This document shows, in pieces, positions 38,776-52,224 of a stretch of 64,000 nt of DNA (position 1 is its first letter; every line of letters begins with the position of its first letter). The DNA lies in assembly GCA_951406725.2 (NCBI GenBank), contig OX597814.1, positions 197,532,001 to 197,596,000 of the forward strand. The letters run 5' to 3'. The notes under the pieces were generated by a model. The model did no database searches. It was not told the origin of the DNA and saw only the letters and a list, made by a program, of their open reading frames with translations. A program made the position numbers and the translations under genes. The DNA comes from Octopus vulgaris. Its lineage: Eukaryota.

Positions 38776-39992
38776 CGGGGTCCTGCATCTAGTCAGAACT
38801 TTACGAGAATGGGCCTTTTAAAAATGTTCATAAAATGCTAGCACTCAAAATGAATATTAGATAAATAATTGGCAGATTTGGAGATCTGGGAATTTGATCT
38901 ACTTTTCCAGAAACTGTAAATCTAGTAAGTTAAGTCAGACATTAGCATCTATTTGGGCTGTGGGTCTCCTAACATATTACTGCAGCGTTATTTTTCTGAA
39001 AATAACCCATTGATCTCGTGTTTATCTTTATCCAATCCATATTTCTATTAAATACAAGGTGTAAATATTTGTCTCTAAAGTAGAATTTATGAACAAATGT
39101 TTGTTCTAACAAAGTTGTTTGAAGCTTTACAGCATAAAATCCAGTTAGATTTGTTTTCGTTCATAAAAGATGCAGCAAATCTAATATAATTTTTATAAAT
39201 CTTTTGAAAATGCTAAGCTTCGGTGAGAAAGATTAAATCATAAATTTTCATTTGTTATAAGATATTTTGTTGTTATATAAAATGTTGTTTATATTGAAAG
39301 TATTTTAAATTGAATTTCAATGAAGTAAGGAAAAATTTCTTTAAAAAACAACGTTAGAAAACTTTGCCAGTATTTCATGAACTGAAAATGTTGTTTAAAT
39401 CTCAGAGGAAAATTACAAGCGTACACAGGCACGGGTATTTGATTATGTGTAAAGTGATATAAGCTTGTCTACTTGTTTTTTTGTTTTTTTTTTACTCGGT
39501 AACATATTAAAGAAACCTTTCAGTGAAAGGTGAGATCCTTGTTTTCCATTGGTTATATAACCAATATTCACGATATATATACATACAGCAGAAATCGTAG
39601 CCACTTCAGATATAAACGTAATCTATTGAAGATGGGGAAATTAAACTGATAAAAGGTGACAGCAGTCATCTGGGCATTAAGTATATACACTTTAGGCGTA
39701 AATTATATACACAGTCCAATGTAACATTAACACCTTCGGTTAAAAAGGTAACAAATTCTTTAGTTATTAAAGCAGAAATTGTTTGCGCATGCGTATGTGT
39801 GTATATGTTTATGTATATTGTAAATAGAATTTTAATCCTTCATCGTATATTGACAGTAGAAAGTAGTGTAATATTAGGCGTATTTTCTATAATCAGTATA
39901 CGGTGTAAGCTTATTACTCTATTTTCAAAATTCCAATCGCCATCTTTTCGTAATTCACACAGAATTCACATTTAAGTGTATGCGTGTGTATG

Positions 39993-40033
<41 letters not shown>

Positions 40034-40871
40034 GGGCCAAAAGTCACCTGACAACAAATCAAAACCTTTTAATTCCAAGAGTTATTTATGTTTAACAACT
40101 GAATGAATTTAATAAAAGTATCTAAATATGAAACATCATGAAATTTGCTCATACTGAAGTTTTTTCTTGAGCGACACATTTTTCAATTCGAGTGAATACA
40201 GAATTACAGATAGTATTTAAGGAAATATATAACATGCAGTTCAATACTATGAAATTTCAGGCCCTTTATTATTGGTAAATAAATTCAATAAGTAAACCTA
40301 TAACTAACCCCTAAATTATATAACTAAATGGTGACCAATCCTTTAAATCCATACAGATAATATACCCACTAGTCTTCCATAGTTATTAAAATGAAAGTGA
40401 AAGCTTTATATTCTAGTCTCTCCAAAACAAAACAAACTCGATTGAACTGAACTAATAATATAAATAACTCTGAGTGAATTACACTATTTCATAATCCCAA
40501 TGTTAATACTTAAAACACTACATACGTATTAAATATTCGTTATCCTTACATATTTAATGTTAAACTTATGCGAGTAACTTAGTAGATAATACTAAAAGCT
40601 TTGTATGCGTATGCATGTGTGTATGAGTATTTTTAGCCAAGGTAGAAGCTTTCAAATTTGGTGTAGAATATAGTTGCTAACATCGTTCCCAGTACTTGAT
40701 TAGCAGTTTGTTTAATGGATTCGTAATGGACAACAATCAAAGATGATTTTACTTAGATTTGAATTCAGAATGTAATGATCCGAAATTAGAAACAGCAATG
40801 TCCGGTGTCTAAGGATTCTACCAAAATAGAATAGAGCAGACACAGATAGCCTATATATAGATATGTATATA

Positions 40872-40921
<50 letters not shown>

Positions 40922-41007
40922 TAATTATGTAGATATAGATACGTATATATATACATGTATATACATATAGAGATAGATATAGATATTTATATACATACAT
41001 ATATGTA

Positions 41008-41061
<54 letters not shown>

Positions 41062-41439
41062 CGTACATACATAGAGAGAGAGTAAGGTAGATAGACTGTA
41101 TTATGTGCACCATGGCCGTTTCGTGTTTTAGTCAAGATACCTCCATATTTTTATTGAAGTTCTCAACAACATACTTGACTTGAGGAGAGTGGAAAATATT
41201 AACAATCCTCTTCGAGTAAATTGTCGTGTATCAAAGATGTTTTTATTTTCCGAAAGCAAAATCATTATTGTTTTTGTTTTTTTTTTCCTTGGTACATTTT
41301 TTTTTTGTTCTGCAATTCTTTTAACAGGGAACGTCTCAAGATAAAAAATAACGCTTCATTTAACTTCAGTATTTCAATTCATAAACCTCACTTTTACAGA
41401 TTCCAAACAAATTTTCCAGCTTAATATTTTGTATCTTTT

Positions 41440-41845
41440 ACCGTTTATTCGTTTTAATCATTAATCTGTGGCCATGCTGGAGCATCGCCTTGAAGACCTT
41501 TTTTTACAGGTTAACCGACCGCGGTACTTATTGTTATAAGCCTAATATTTATTCTATCGATCTGTTTTGCCGATCTGCCAAGTTATGAGAACAGCAACAC
41601 ACGTTGTCAAGTGGTGATGGTTGTGGTGGTAATGGTGGTGGTGGTGGTGGTGGTGATGGTAGACAAGCATACACACACACGACGGGATTCTTTTAGTGTC
41701 GATCTACCAAATCTACTATCAAGGCTTTGGCCGGCCCCGAGGCTACAGTAGAAGGCACTTAAGCAAAGTTCCACGCAGTAGAACTGAACCCGGAACCATG
41801 TGGTTCAGAAGGAAAAATTCTTACCATACAGCCATGCCTGCACCT
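41440..41845 (-). mobile_element. SINE family A
   Basis: tgtggccatgctggagc...ctgaacccggaaccatgtggtt...cagccatgcctgcacc. Confidence 0.85.
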
Positions 41846-43267
41846 AAATTTCCAAAGTTAGATCTATGCACGTTCATTTACCTATATGTATCTGCTTGTG
41901 TGTGCATTTGTGTATATATGTGTGTGTGAATGTGTGAGTAGCTGTTTGTGCGCGTCGCGTGTGCATGTATAGATCTGATGTGAACCAGGCTATTACGACA
42001 CAACTTGAAGTTGAAACTATGTCTGTTGACCATAACAGTTCTGTTTTACTGTTGATTGTTTGACTGATTGCTTATTTGACCAAAGCATAATCGCATAGAT
42101 CAATGGACATCGATATTGTTATGGTAAAATTATTACAGTAGATCACGATGCCGAGCAGCCTTAGAGATTTGTGTGTCGTTTTAATAAATGATTGCAAAAG
42201 CATAGTTAAAAGTAATGTGGAAGATTTTTCTTCCCTTGCCAAAAACTATGCCTCAAGAGAGCTTTAAAAACAGCTGTTGCCATATTGATCAGCTATGTTA
42301 ATTAAGCAACAGTAACGCAACCGTTGTAGCAATCCCTTTGTCGATGCAATAAAAAGGAGAATGAATCGCCATTAAACAAATCTAAGCTATCCGAAGAGAC
42401 TCTTCTAGACTGGAAAATATTGTTTCCTGTAGAGTAGATACAAACTAAAGTAGTTAGAAGCGTGAGCGAAACGAAATTGAAACAGGAAAAAACAGACAAT
42501 TATCAATAACACGGAGGAAGTGAACTATGGAGAATAGACAAATGAGAGTAAAGCTAACTAGTGAACCATTTTACAATAGGCTTCATATGTCAACAAACAG
42601 CCATTATATTTAGAGAATAAAAACAAACGTGTGTCCAGAGCATGTGAGCGGAAGTTTCTTGTTTTACGCGCCATAGAATTTATTCATTTACAAGGTTTTT
42701 TTTAATAGAATCAGACTATTCAAAGATATTAATTATAACTAATAACTAATTAGCTGCTGTTATTGAAAGCGAAATGCATAATGTTTTTTTTTTACTTTTT
42801 CTTTCTAATATTATTTCAATTTTGCAGAATCTAACGTATTGGAATGTGAATTCTATAAACGTCACCATACTATATGTGTGAGGATGTGTAAGGGTGCACA
42901 TGTGAGTATGCATATATATATATATATATATGCACATGTATGATGATGGCTAGCTAGCCGAGACTCACTGTCAGTATTATTATTCTTAAAGAATAATACA
43001 TTTGAGCTCTACAACAGTTTGGAGTAACCCTTGAGATTAATGTAAAATTGTTTTTTTTATAACGGAATTTAAAAACATTTATGTGTGTGCGTGTTTGTGT
43101 ATTTCGATTATAGATTTGGCTTGCAAGATTATTTATGTGAGTTCGTGTGTTGAAGCATATGATTTTACCGGTGAGTGTGTTAAATTATAAGGCACCAAAA
43201 TAGAATGTTTCTCCCCAGACAACAGTATATATATATATATATATATTAGATAGACAACGATAATTTT

Positions 43268-43338
43268 GTGTAAAGACACCAACATCGGTTGTCAAGCGAT
43301 GTTGGGGGACAAACACAGACACACAAACATACACACAG

Positions 43339-43407
<69 letters not shown>

Positions 43408-43565
43408 TACGACGGGATTCTTTCATTTTCCATCTACCAAATCCACTCACAAGGCTCTACTCGAGGCTATGGTAGAAGGCACTTGCCCAAGGTGCTACGC
43501 AGTGGGACTGAACCCGGAACCATGTGATTCGTAAGCAAGCTACTTACCACACAGCCACTCCTACG
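43268..43565 (-). mobile_element. SINE family A with expanded internal (TA)n
   Basis: caccaacatcggttgtcaagcgatg...cgcagtgggactgaacccggaacc...cacagccactcc. Confidence 0.92.
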
Positions 43566-44164
43566 TTTATAGATTCTGATAACCTGTCTGTTACAGATTG
43601 TAGATTCTGAGCACAGGTACCACGTCTTTTGATCAGCTACACTTTATTCCAACACAATAACTTTTGCAAAACTAAGACGATCTAATGATGCAACTCAACT
43701 CTTTTACTATATTGAGAAACGTGCATGATATTGTCATTTTTGTTATATGGACGGATACATTGCTTTCTGTGACTTCGATTCTTAAACATTGTTCCTGACC
43801 AGGTTGTTTTGCCTGCGGAAAAATGCTTCCATTTTTTTTTCTTTTTGTAATACTAAAGAAAATTTTCAAATACGAACTAACTACCTAAGAAAACTACTTA
43901 CGAAGCTGATGAACAAATGATATCTAATTGACATGTCTGAGGCTATTTTGTACTATTTCAAATCTAGCGTCGTTGACATGTTGTGATGGTATTCAGCGCT
44001 AGTCACAGAGAGGTGTCTCACATAGACAAAGGTTGAGACAGAAGAACGAAAACCTACACTAAGTTTTAAAAATAAGTTGCAGGCATATTTCTTTGCCTCA
44101 CGTAATCCTTTTCTATAGAAAGTAACTCTGGGTGACATTACTTTGTTATCTCCCCTACTTCTTA

Positions 44165-44386
44165 GCTCACATGTGTGACCCTTCTGTCCGGCATTTGCCA
44201 TGATAGATTGGTAGCCACTACACACATTTCTTTCTCTGCTTGTTTCTTTCTGTGTTCCTTTCTGTGGAAGAGCGTAGGCTCGAAACGTTAAAGACTTTTT
44301 CAATTCCCGAGCGTTATACTAATACATCTGTTTGTTTTCTACACCACCTGTCTTCGTCTCCTTTTTTTGTTTTTCATGAATTATCC

Positions 44387-44390
<4 letters not shown>
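44165..44390 (+). mobile_element. Penelope-type terminal repeat with minimal hammerhead motif, unit 1
   Basis: 44258-44293: CUUU-CUGUGGA-A-GAGC-GUAG-GCUC-GAAAC-GUU-AAAG; ends in (TA)n. Confidence 0.7.
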
Positions 44391-44421
<31 letters not shown>

Positions 44422-44426
44422 CATTT

Positions 44427-44630
44427 TCGCCATGATAGAGCGATAGCCACTACACACATTCTTTCTCTCCTTGTTTGTTTCTGTGTTCCTTTGTGTGGAA
44501 GAGCGTAGGCTCGAAACGTCAAAGACCTTTTCAATTCCCGAGCGTTATACTAATACATCTGTTTGTTTTCTACACCACCTGTCTTCGTCTTTTGTTGGGG
44601 TTTTTTTTTTTTTCGTGTATTCTCCCCATA
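44427..44630 (+). mobile_element. Penelope-type terminal repeat with minimal hammerhead motif, unit 2
   Basis: Direct repeat of unit 1; 44489-44524 carries GAAAC-GUC-AAAG. Confidence 0.7.
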
Positions 44631-45184
44631 TTTCCTATATAGCCTTACATTTCTACAATTTAGTTTGCGAATGTTTATCTTGACATATTTATTTACAAAC
44701 AATACGGTAATAAATGGGAGAACTATTTTGTTTTTGTTGTGGCTGAATTTGTTGGGATAGTTGTAGTTTTGATATTGTTTAGCCCCGGGTCAATCCTACT
44801 AAAGCATTCCTACGTTAGAAAGGGGTTCTATTCGAGAGCATTCCGTCTTGTTGCAAATATAGAACATCCAGGAGTATATTATTATCCAAATTGTTTTTCT
44901 TTGTTTACTAAGGAAATTGGGGGCAGTTTGACAATGATTTCTAGCAAAGCAAGTGACCACGCCGTCTTCCCTCTCCTACATTAGTTCAAGATCAACAAAA
45001 ACAAAGGTTCTGGTGAAGTGTGCTTATTTATTTAAAAGCCAAAAGCTAAAATTATAGAGCAGCATAAAATATTTCCATATCATTTCAGAATTTCATTTTA
45101 ATATTAAACGGAAACTATATTCGAAATATTTATTTGCAACTAGAATATTTTACTTCAACAAACATTCATTTGAGAACGATGTAA

Positions 45185-45573
45185 TCTCTACATATATATA
45201 AAGCTGAAGTTGTCTGTGTATGGCAGGTTTGCTAGCCTCAACTAACACTATCTCCTCCGAGACCCTGCGGCACAAGTTGACCAAAATTGAGAGTATAATA
45301 GAAGAAGGCTTGCTCTTCCTTCCGTAAGAGAAAAAATTACAATCGAGCCATGTTAACACCAAACATTATTTACATCAAAAAGGTGCTTTTTTTCTATGAA
45401 AATCTCTATTTTTTACGATTTTCTGACTGTGTCGTCATTTTTCGGTGTATTTCAACCAGAAAAATGTTCACTTAACGAGAATAACAAGCTACATATTCAA
45501 AGTTTTTATGTTTCAAAAATTCCAATTCTAAAGGGTCGAAACAACCCCGAGCAACGCCGGGCGATACTGCTAG
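45185..45573 (+). mobile_element. Non-autonomous Helitron (family H1)
   Basis: A|TCTCTACATATATATAAAG...cccgagcaacgccgggcgatactgCTAG|T. Confidence 0.9.
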
Positions 45574-46319
45574 TCGTTGATAAAATAATTAATACCTTCA
45601 ATATAACAAAGCTGACGTTGAATTTAGCAATTTCCTAAGCGTCGTGAAGGAAGAAGTTTTACAATTCAGTAAAAGTTTGAGTTGATATACGTTCGTAAAG
45701 TCACTACTCTGGGAACATAATTATCTGTATGACTCATCTCACTAGATCTGATTCCGTTGATGTTGTAGTAAATCCGAAATAAACACTTTCGATAAACAGA
45801 TAATCGCAACATTGATTACATGCATCAGCAACTGCATGGCTATAAAATACAGGGAGCAGATCCTTCCATAATTATGACACTGAGATAGCGGCTGTTACAC
45901 GTCAGCCTGATGCTGCAGCTCCGACGAAAACCGGCAACAGACGCTTCATTAAAACCTACAACAGCAGCTACTGAGAGAAGAGATAAGTGCTATAATAAAA
46001 ATTTTTCTTTCTCGATAACAAAAGAACATCTCGAGGAATTAGGCAAGTTTTTGTATTTCACCTTTATTTTCTCTATCAGAATACTATAGATTGGGTCGAT
46101 TTGTAACATTTTAATTTGGGTTCTCTGAGCAGAAGTAAAGTTTCTGTTGGTAAACAATATCTTTATATTTCCCTCTCTCTCTGTCTCTTTTTCTCTCTCT
46201 CTCCCTCTCTCTCCCTCTTTCTCTCTCTCTCTCTCCGTCTTTATTTTATTGAAATCTATTATTGATTTGTTACAGTAATCTTAACGTGCTTAAAGGTGGA
46301 GATACAATAGAAAGAAAGC

Positions 46320-46321
<2 letters not shown>

Positions 46322-46351
<30 letters not shown>

Positions 46352-46534
46352 GCAGACAAGTAGATAGACAGACAGAGAGACAAGTAGATAGATAGTCAGA
46401 CAGACAAGTAGATATATAGACAGACAGACAAGTAGATAGATAGACAAGTAGATAGATAGACAGACAGACAAGTAGATAGATAGACAAGTAGATAGATAGA
46501 CAGACAGACAAGTAGATAGATAGATAGAAATAGA
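46322..46534. repeat. GATA/GACA array with periodic CAAGTAGA interruptions
   Basis: Directly visible. Confidence 0.92.
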
Positions 46535-46949
46535 TCCGGTAACATTGTTTCATTGAAGCCATGTTGAGACAAATCAATGTTTTACACAACTTCGATACTT
46601 TGTAGAAAATCTCTTTACGAAATACCCACAGTGAATAAGCAAGCTAGCTGTTTTATAGCAAGAAATCTGAGATTCCCTATGTGATTGATCCGTTTTTCTG
46701 CTTGCGTTTTTTTTTTTCTTTTATGACTCATGACCTTCCACTTTGATCTGATCGTTAACGAAATACTTTTGCGTTAAGGGTGAAGTTTCCAGAGATAAAA
46801 TCAATGCCGACCATGTTGAATTAAACATTGCTACCGCATACAATAAATCTGCAAGTCAAACAACTGTTAATGAAGTCGGAAAGTCGTTGCAAACACCACC
46901 ACCGCTACCGTCGCTTCCTAGCGTCAATAGACAACAATAAGAATGAAAT

Positions 46950-47830
46950 ACCCCAGGTAAAGCTCATTTCTAATCCACCCAACTTAAAAACCTACTGAAT
47001 AAATATGTATATATTTCTCGTTAAATCACACAATAGAGTGGAGTTTATTATAATCTTCGCAATTTCCAACTGGCAAATTATAGATTGCAAAATGATTTTA
47101 AATTTAATTTTAGGTTATTACTGTTGCTAGTATGCATTATTAATAACATTACATGGCTGTGTTCATTGCTGTTGAATTGAGATTACGCAATCTTGTATAA
47201 ATTAGAAAACAAATATTTGACAGAAAATATACATAAAATATCTTCGACTTTCCTGTCTAATTAGAATCCCTAAAAGTGATTAGAATTAAATCTATACAAG
47301 AAATCTTGATGTTATACATTTTGTAATCCTAAAGTTTTTCTGCTGTATGTTTTAAAACTTGCTACGACTTGCTGAAAAGTGTTTCAAACACAATATACAA
47401 ATGACATACAGCTTCTTTCGTTCCTTGTATATCTGACGCAGATGTTTCTCCCAGTGACAAGAACTGCTAAGTGTCACTTATACATTTTGGCTATACGTCA
47501 TACATGCACTTATTACATGCTGGCTTCGGTTTAAAGCACTTAGTGACGAGGTTTTAAAAGAATTTCCACTGACATTTTTACAGATGTAGCAGAAACTTTT
47601 AATAGAAATAAAAACAAAGGAAAATTCATGCTCGCAAGTACATATGTTCTCATTTGTTGCTTTATTAAAAGTATTATTCGGTACATCATAATTTTACGCC
47701 GTGCTTCGAATATGAAAAGCTGCGTTGGACTATTTACAATGAAGTGGCGGAGTAATACACCATTCATGACTTCATTAATCTTCTGCTCCAACTCCATCAT
47801 AAACTATTTTACTGTCTTTAAAGAAACCGC
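46950..47830 (+). pseudogene. Cys-loop subunit pseudogene P12 with vicinal cysteines
   Basis: QIID (47074-47085), TWL, CISDADVSPSDKNC (47426-47467), FWLY, and TYVLICCFIKSIIRYIIILRR (CC at 47655-47660, RR at 47697-47702; cf. YxCCxxxYxDIxYxIILRR). Confidence 0.65.
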
Positions 47831-48284
47831 ATAACACTTTAGTGACTATATGTTTGAGGTAGTCGTCGTTGTTTTTATTGTTTATTAGTCTCAAGTTAGT
47901 CCTTTGTCGAGAAAATCCTATGATCAGAAGTAATCTAACCGTGACAATTCTGGATTTTTCACACTTTGCGTATCTAAGATCACATTGTAATATATTTTAC
48001 GATGGGGAAGGTGTCTTCACACTTAATTTTTTATCTTTTACTTGTCTCAATCAAATTGACTGCGCCATGGTGGGGCACCGTCTTGAATAATTCTTAGTCG
48101 AATGAACCGTCAGTACTCTTCTTTTATTATTGTTTACATTGGACGTATTCGCATACGAAACAGGGTAACAAATGACTTTAGTTTTAGTAGAATGTGATTT
48201 TAGGGAAATATTTCTGTATGGTTAAGAAACTCGCTGAACAACTTGTACAGGTGCTTTCTTTATTGTGATCAAATGTGCACTGAA

Positions 48285-48478
48285 CATAAGCTTATTCCTT
48301 CCATCAAATCGATATTGCTTGTACAGGTGCACGGTGAACCGCACGTCAAATGTACAACTGATCGCAGAACAATTTAACGCTGTTTTGCTCAAGAGCGCAA
48401 CGCACCAATCGATCAGGGAATCGTAGCACGAACTCGCGATCATGAGTGCCACATCCTAGCCACTAAGCCATGAATCCC
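48285..48478 (-). mobile_element. SINE family C (body 2), diverged
   Basis: tgttttgctcaagagc...gatcatgagtg...agccactaagccat. Confidence 0.6.
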
Positions 48479-48507
48479 CTATATATACACATAATATATA
48501 TATATCG

Positions 48508-48552
<45 letters not shown>

Positions 48553-48577
48553 ATATATTTGTATATATATATATATA

Positions 48578-48858
48578 TGGAGACGCAATGGCCCAGTGGT
48601 TAGGGCAGCGAACTCGCGGTTGTAGGATCGATTCCCAGTTGTGAGTGTTTATTGAGCGAAAACACCTAAATTTCCACGAGGCTCCAACAAGTGGTGGTGG
48701 CGATCCCTACTCTTATCTTTCGCCACAACTTTCTCTCACTCTTTCTTCTGTTGGCCTGTCGCGTAGCCAGCGGGGTGGCGTCATTTGAAGGCTAATACAA
48801 TGCGAAGCGCATTTTGACCAGCGATGTGTAGCAACATCTGATAGCCTGGTCGGTGACG

Positions 48859-48862
<4 letters not shown>
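48578..48862 (+). mobile_element. SINE family C (body 1 + tail B) inserted in (TA)n
   Basis: Colinear with 37623-37911. Confidence 0.9.
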
Positions 48863-48901
<39 letters not shown>

Positions 48902-48905
<4 letters not shown>

Positions 48906-49080
48906 CCACTACACACATTTTTTTTTTCTCTCGTTTTTTTTCTGTGTCCCTTTCTGTAGAAGAGCGTAGGCTCGAAACTTTTTCTATTAGTATAACGCTC
49001 AGGAATAGAAAAAGTATTTTACGTTTCGAGCCTACGCTCTTCTACAGAAAGGGACACAGAAAAAACAAGGAGAGAAAAAA
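48902..49080. mobile_element. Inverted pair of Penelope-type hammerhead repeats
   Basis: Arms about 48920-48978 and 49023-49080 are reverse complements. The minus-strand copy has GAAAC-GUA. Confidence 0.75.
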
Positions 49081-49192
49081 ATATATATATATATATACAC
49101 GTGAGACAGACAGACAGACAGAGGGGTAAAGTCTATACCCTTAGCGCCGTTTATTTCACGACTATAATTCCCCTGTACAATATAACATTGCA

Positions 49193-49345
49193 TCTCTCTG
49201 TTTATTTCTTCTTATTCCTTTCTGTTGAAGAGCGTAGGCTCGAAATATAAAAGACTTTTTCATTTTCCCGAGCGTCATACTAATATACTTGCTTGTTGTT
49301 CATACACCTATCTGCGTGTATTGTTTTCCTATAAATTTCAACTAC
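49193..49345 (+). mobile_element. Penelope-type hammerhead repeat, diverged
   Basis: 49218-49253: CUUU-CUGUUGA-A-GAGC-GUAG-GCUC-GAAAU-AUA-AAAG. Confidence 0.65.
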
Positions 49346-49829
49346 ATATAACTGCCCGAAGTTTCGAAATCACTATCAATAATATTCTTGTTTAGGAATA
49401 ATAAATTTGTATTTCAGAAACCCACCAAATCAATATTTTTATTATAACTGAAAATAAAAAGAAACATGTGCGTGTGTGTGTCTGTGCGTGTGTGTGTCTG
49501 TGCGTGTGTGTGTCTGTGCGTAAGTATATGTGTGTGTGTACGTTCTTTTGTGTATGTGAAGGATAACACGAAGTGTAAACATATGCCCAACAGCATAATG
49601 CTCTAATCCAATAAGTGGACTAAAGCAAGAAGCCATTTTATTCATTAGTGTTTCGCTTTCACGGCGCCATCTTTATATGAACTTGGATTATATTTTCAAA
49701 CCACGTCCAACAAACTATTCTTTTGACCTAGACTGTGTTTCTCTATTGTAATTCCTTTTCTTCGCTCTGAAGTTCCATTGTACCATAGAGCTGAATAATG
49801 GTGATGAATTTAGTAACTATGATCGTACA

Positions 49830-50160
49830 TTTAAGTGGTACTCCGTCGGATGCGACGAGAAGTGTTCAAGTTGATTCGATCAACATAACCGCCTGCTCTT
49901 GGAATGAACGTGCATGTGGCTGAGCACTCCACAGATACGCGTACCCTTAACGTAGTTCTAAGGGAGATTCAGCGTGAAACAGAATGTGACAAGGCTGGCC
50001 CTTTGAATTAGAGGTTCAACTCATTTTTACCAACTAATTTTTGGATTAGCCTGAAATAAAGCGTCTAACTCAAGGACACAATACTCCGCAGAAAATCGAA
50101 CTCACAACGTTTCGGTCGTGAGGCGAATACCCTAACCACTACGCCGCGCGCCTTCACACA
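49830..50160 (-). mobile_element. tRNA-derived SINE related to family C body 2, with a further distinct 3' domain
   Basis: Head tgtgaaggcgcgcggcgtagtggttaggg, B box gagttcgatt, tgtgtccttgag, then gtggagtgctcagccacatgcacgtt. Confidence 0.75.
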
Positions 50161-50253
50161 TTTGTGGCTTTATATATATGTGCTTAATGCTCATGTGCTT
50201 ATATATGAATATATTGATATACATACTTGATACGCTTGAAAAAATATGTACGT

Positions 50254-50323
<70 letters not shown>

Positions 50324-50353
50324 TTATATATATATATGTATATATATTATATA

Positions 50354-50411
<58 letters not shown>

Positions 50412-50627
50412 GTATATATATATGTATATATATATTATATATATATATTATATATGTATATATATATATGTATATATATATATACATCAATGTGTGTGTG
50501 TATGATATATGTATAGGTTATTACATAAACACATACATATTTTGATATGTGTAAATATTATGTATGTATTGTATGTAGATATATCCGGTTTTATGTGTTT
50601 CATATCTAAAGTCTGAGAATGTATATA

Positions 50628-50976
50628 CGATAGAACCTCGCAGTAAGAGTGCTCCATTGTACGAGCCGAGACTTGTGCGAATTTTTGTCTTGAAGTACGA
50701 GCAGAAATTTCGTACTTTAAGGTAATTCAGTTTACATATTTCTTTTGTACTCTCTTTTTCTTTTGTAATTGTCCTTTTACTTGTAACTACACCAGCTTTT
50801 CTGTTTTAAAACCCATAAAAGATTATTTTTGAGTGGTTTCCTCGTGGGGGTGGCTGGAACAGATTAATTAGATTTTAATTAATTTCAATGGGGGAAAATT
50901 GATTTGTAGAACGAGTAAATCGTAAGACAGAGTTCGGTCATGGAACGAATTAAACACGCACTGCGAGGCATCACTG
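50628..50976. mobile_element. pogo/Tigger-type MITE
   Basis: TA-flanked imperfect TIRs (cgatagaacctcgcagt ... actgcgaggcatcactg); subterminal ggaacgaattaaac. Confidence 0.65.
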
Positions 50977-51144
50977 TATATACATATAATATATGCATGC
51001 ATATTACCTCTTTTCGACTTCTCTCTCTCTCTCTCTTTCTATATATATATATATATACATACACACTCACAGATACAAGTAAATAAAAAACCTAGATAAA
51101 GAGATATAGTTAGATAAATAAAAAGTTAAATAGATATATATGTA

Positions 51145-51500
<356 letters not shown>

Positions 51501-51994
51501 CAGACATGTAGGTAAGTATGTAGGTTGATAGACTGAGAACGACAAGGGGAGAGAAAGGAAGAGAGCGATTCATTGGTGTGGAAAGAAATGTTTCTAAATA
51601 TTTGATAGAGAGTTCAATGGATTTTATGTTTGGTATATCGATAGTGTATTTGGTCAGCTTTGATGACACACCAATGTTTATTGGTTCCAACAAACTCTGC
51701 CTTGCCATTGTATCTCACCAATTCATTGTGAAATCTCTTTGAAACTTTACGCTTATCTATTATTTGTGATGACGTCTATTGTTAATGTATAATGAAGAAT
51801 AGAATTGGTGCCAACTTATGTTTCCTCTGAATTTGTTTCCACCTACAACAGACTTTCGTATCATATCTAGACAACAAACCACAATCGTTTTAGAAGCAAG
51901 GGAAAAAGCTTCCAATTATAAACGTAGCATCTTAGAAGCTTTCTGTCATAAGCATCCAATTGGTATCACAGTATGGACCAAACTATGAGATGTT

Positions 51995-52224
51995 TTATAC
52001 ATCGCTGGTCACAATACCCTTCACATTGTTTTAGCTTTCAAATGATGCCAACCCGCTGATCGGAAGGCTATTCTGTCGCAGGGTTACACATTTAAAGCTG
52101 AGTGGACTGGAGCAACGTGAAATGAAGTGTTTTGTTCAAAAAGACAACGCACTGGCCGGTCAGGAAATCGAACCCACGGTGTAGGAATCGTGAGCGCTAC
52201 ACTCTAACCACTAAGCCACGGGCC
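51995..52224 (-). mobile_element. SINE family C (body 2 + tail B)
   Basis: Minus strand: head, gctccagtccactcagc, then gcgggttggcatcatttgaaagctaaaacaatgtgaagggtattgtgaccagcgatg. Confidence 0.8.

Larger units (their letters stand above)
36949..39300 (+). pseudogene. Cys-loop subunit pseudogene P9
   Basis: ATG ACC CTC CCG start resembling P5; RCDEYERKAIYYFLSYNN (37281-); LWV/PNILL (38958-38982, cf. WxPDI); C-x13-C at 39060-39104. Interrupted by SINEs 37440-38780. Confidence 0.5.
41328..43900 (+). pseudogene. Cys-loop subunit pseudogene P10
   Basis: Acceptor ttaacag|41328; SVDHNSSVLLLIV*L (the stop at 42061 is exactly 11 codons after D, as W55 follows D44); FKNSCCHID (42263-42289); DWKIL (42408-42422); YSNTITFAKLRR...LFY (43645-43707); CMILSFL (43722-43742). 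Confidence 0.75.
45089..46760 (+). pseudogene. Cys-loop subunit pseudogene P11
   Basis: catttcag|45089; RKLYSKYLFA...FNK (45109-, cf. alpha7 RKLYKEL); YNSSY (45957-, cf. YKSSC); FFLDN (46005-); LRYFVENLF (46590-); SVFLLAFFF/HDLPL*SD (46689-46752, cf. LPxTSD). Helitron inserted in the N-terminal part. Confidence 0.6.

Noticed and set aside
40032-40200. Tc1/mariner-like end (gggggccaaaagtcacc) after (TA)n
   Set aside because: No matching second TIR found.
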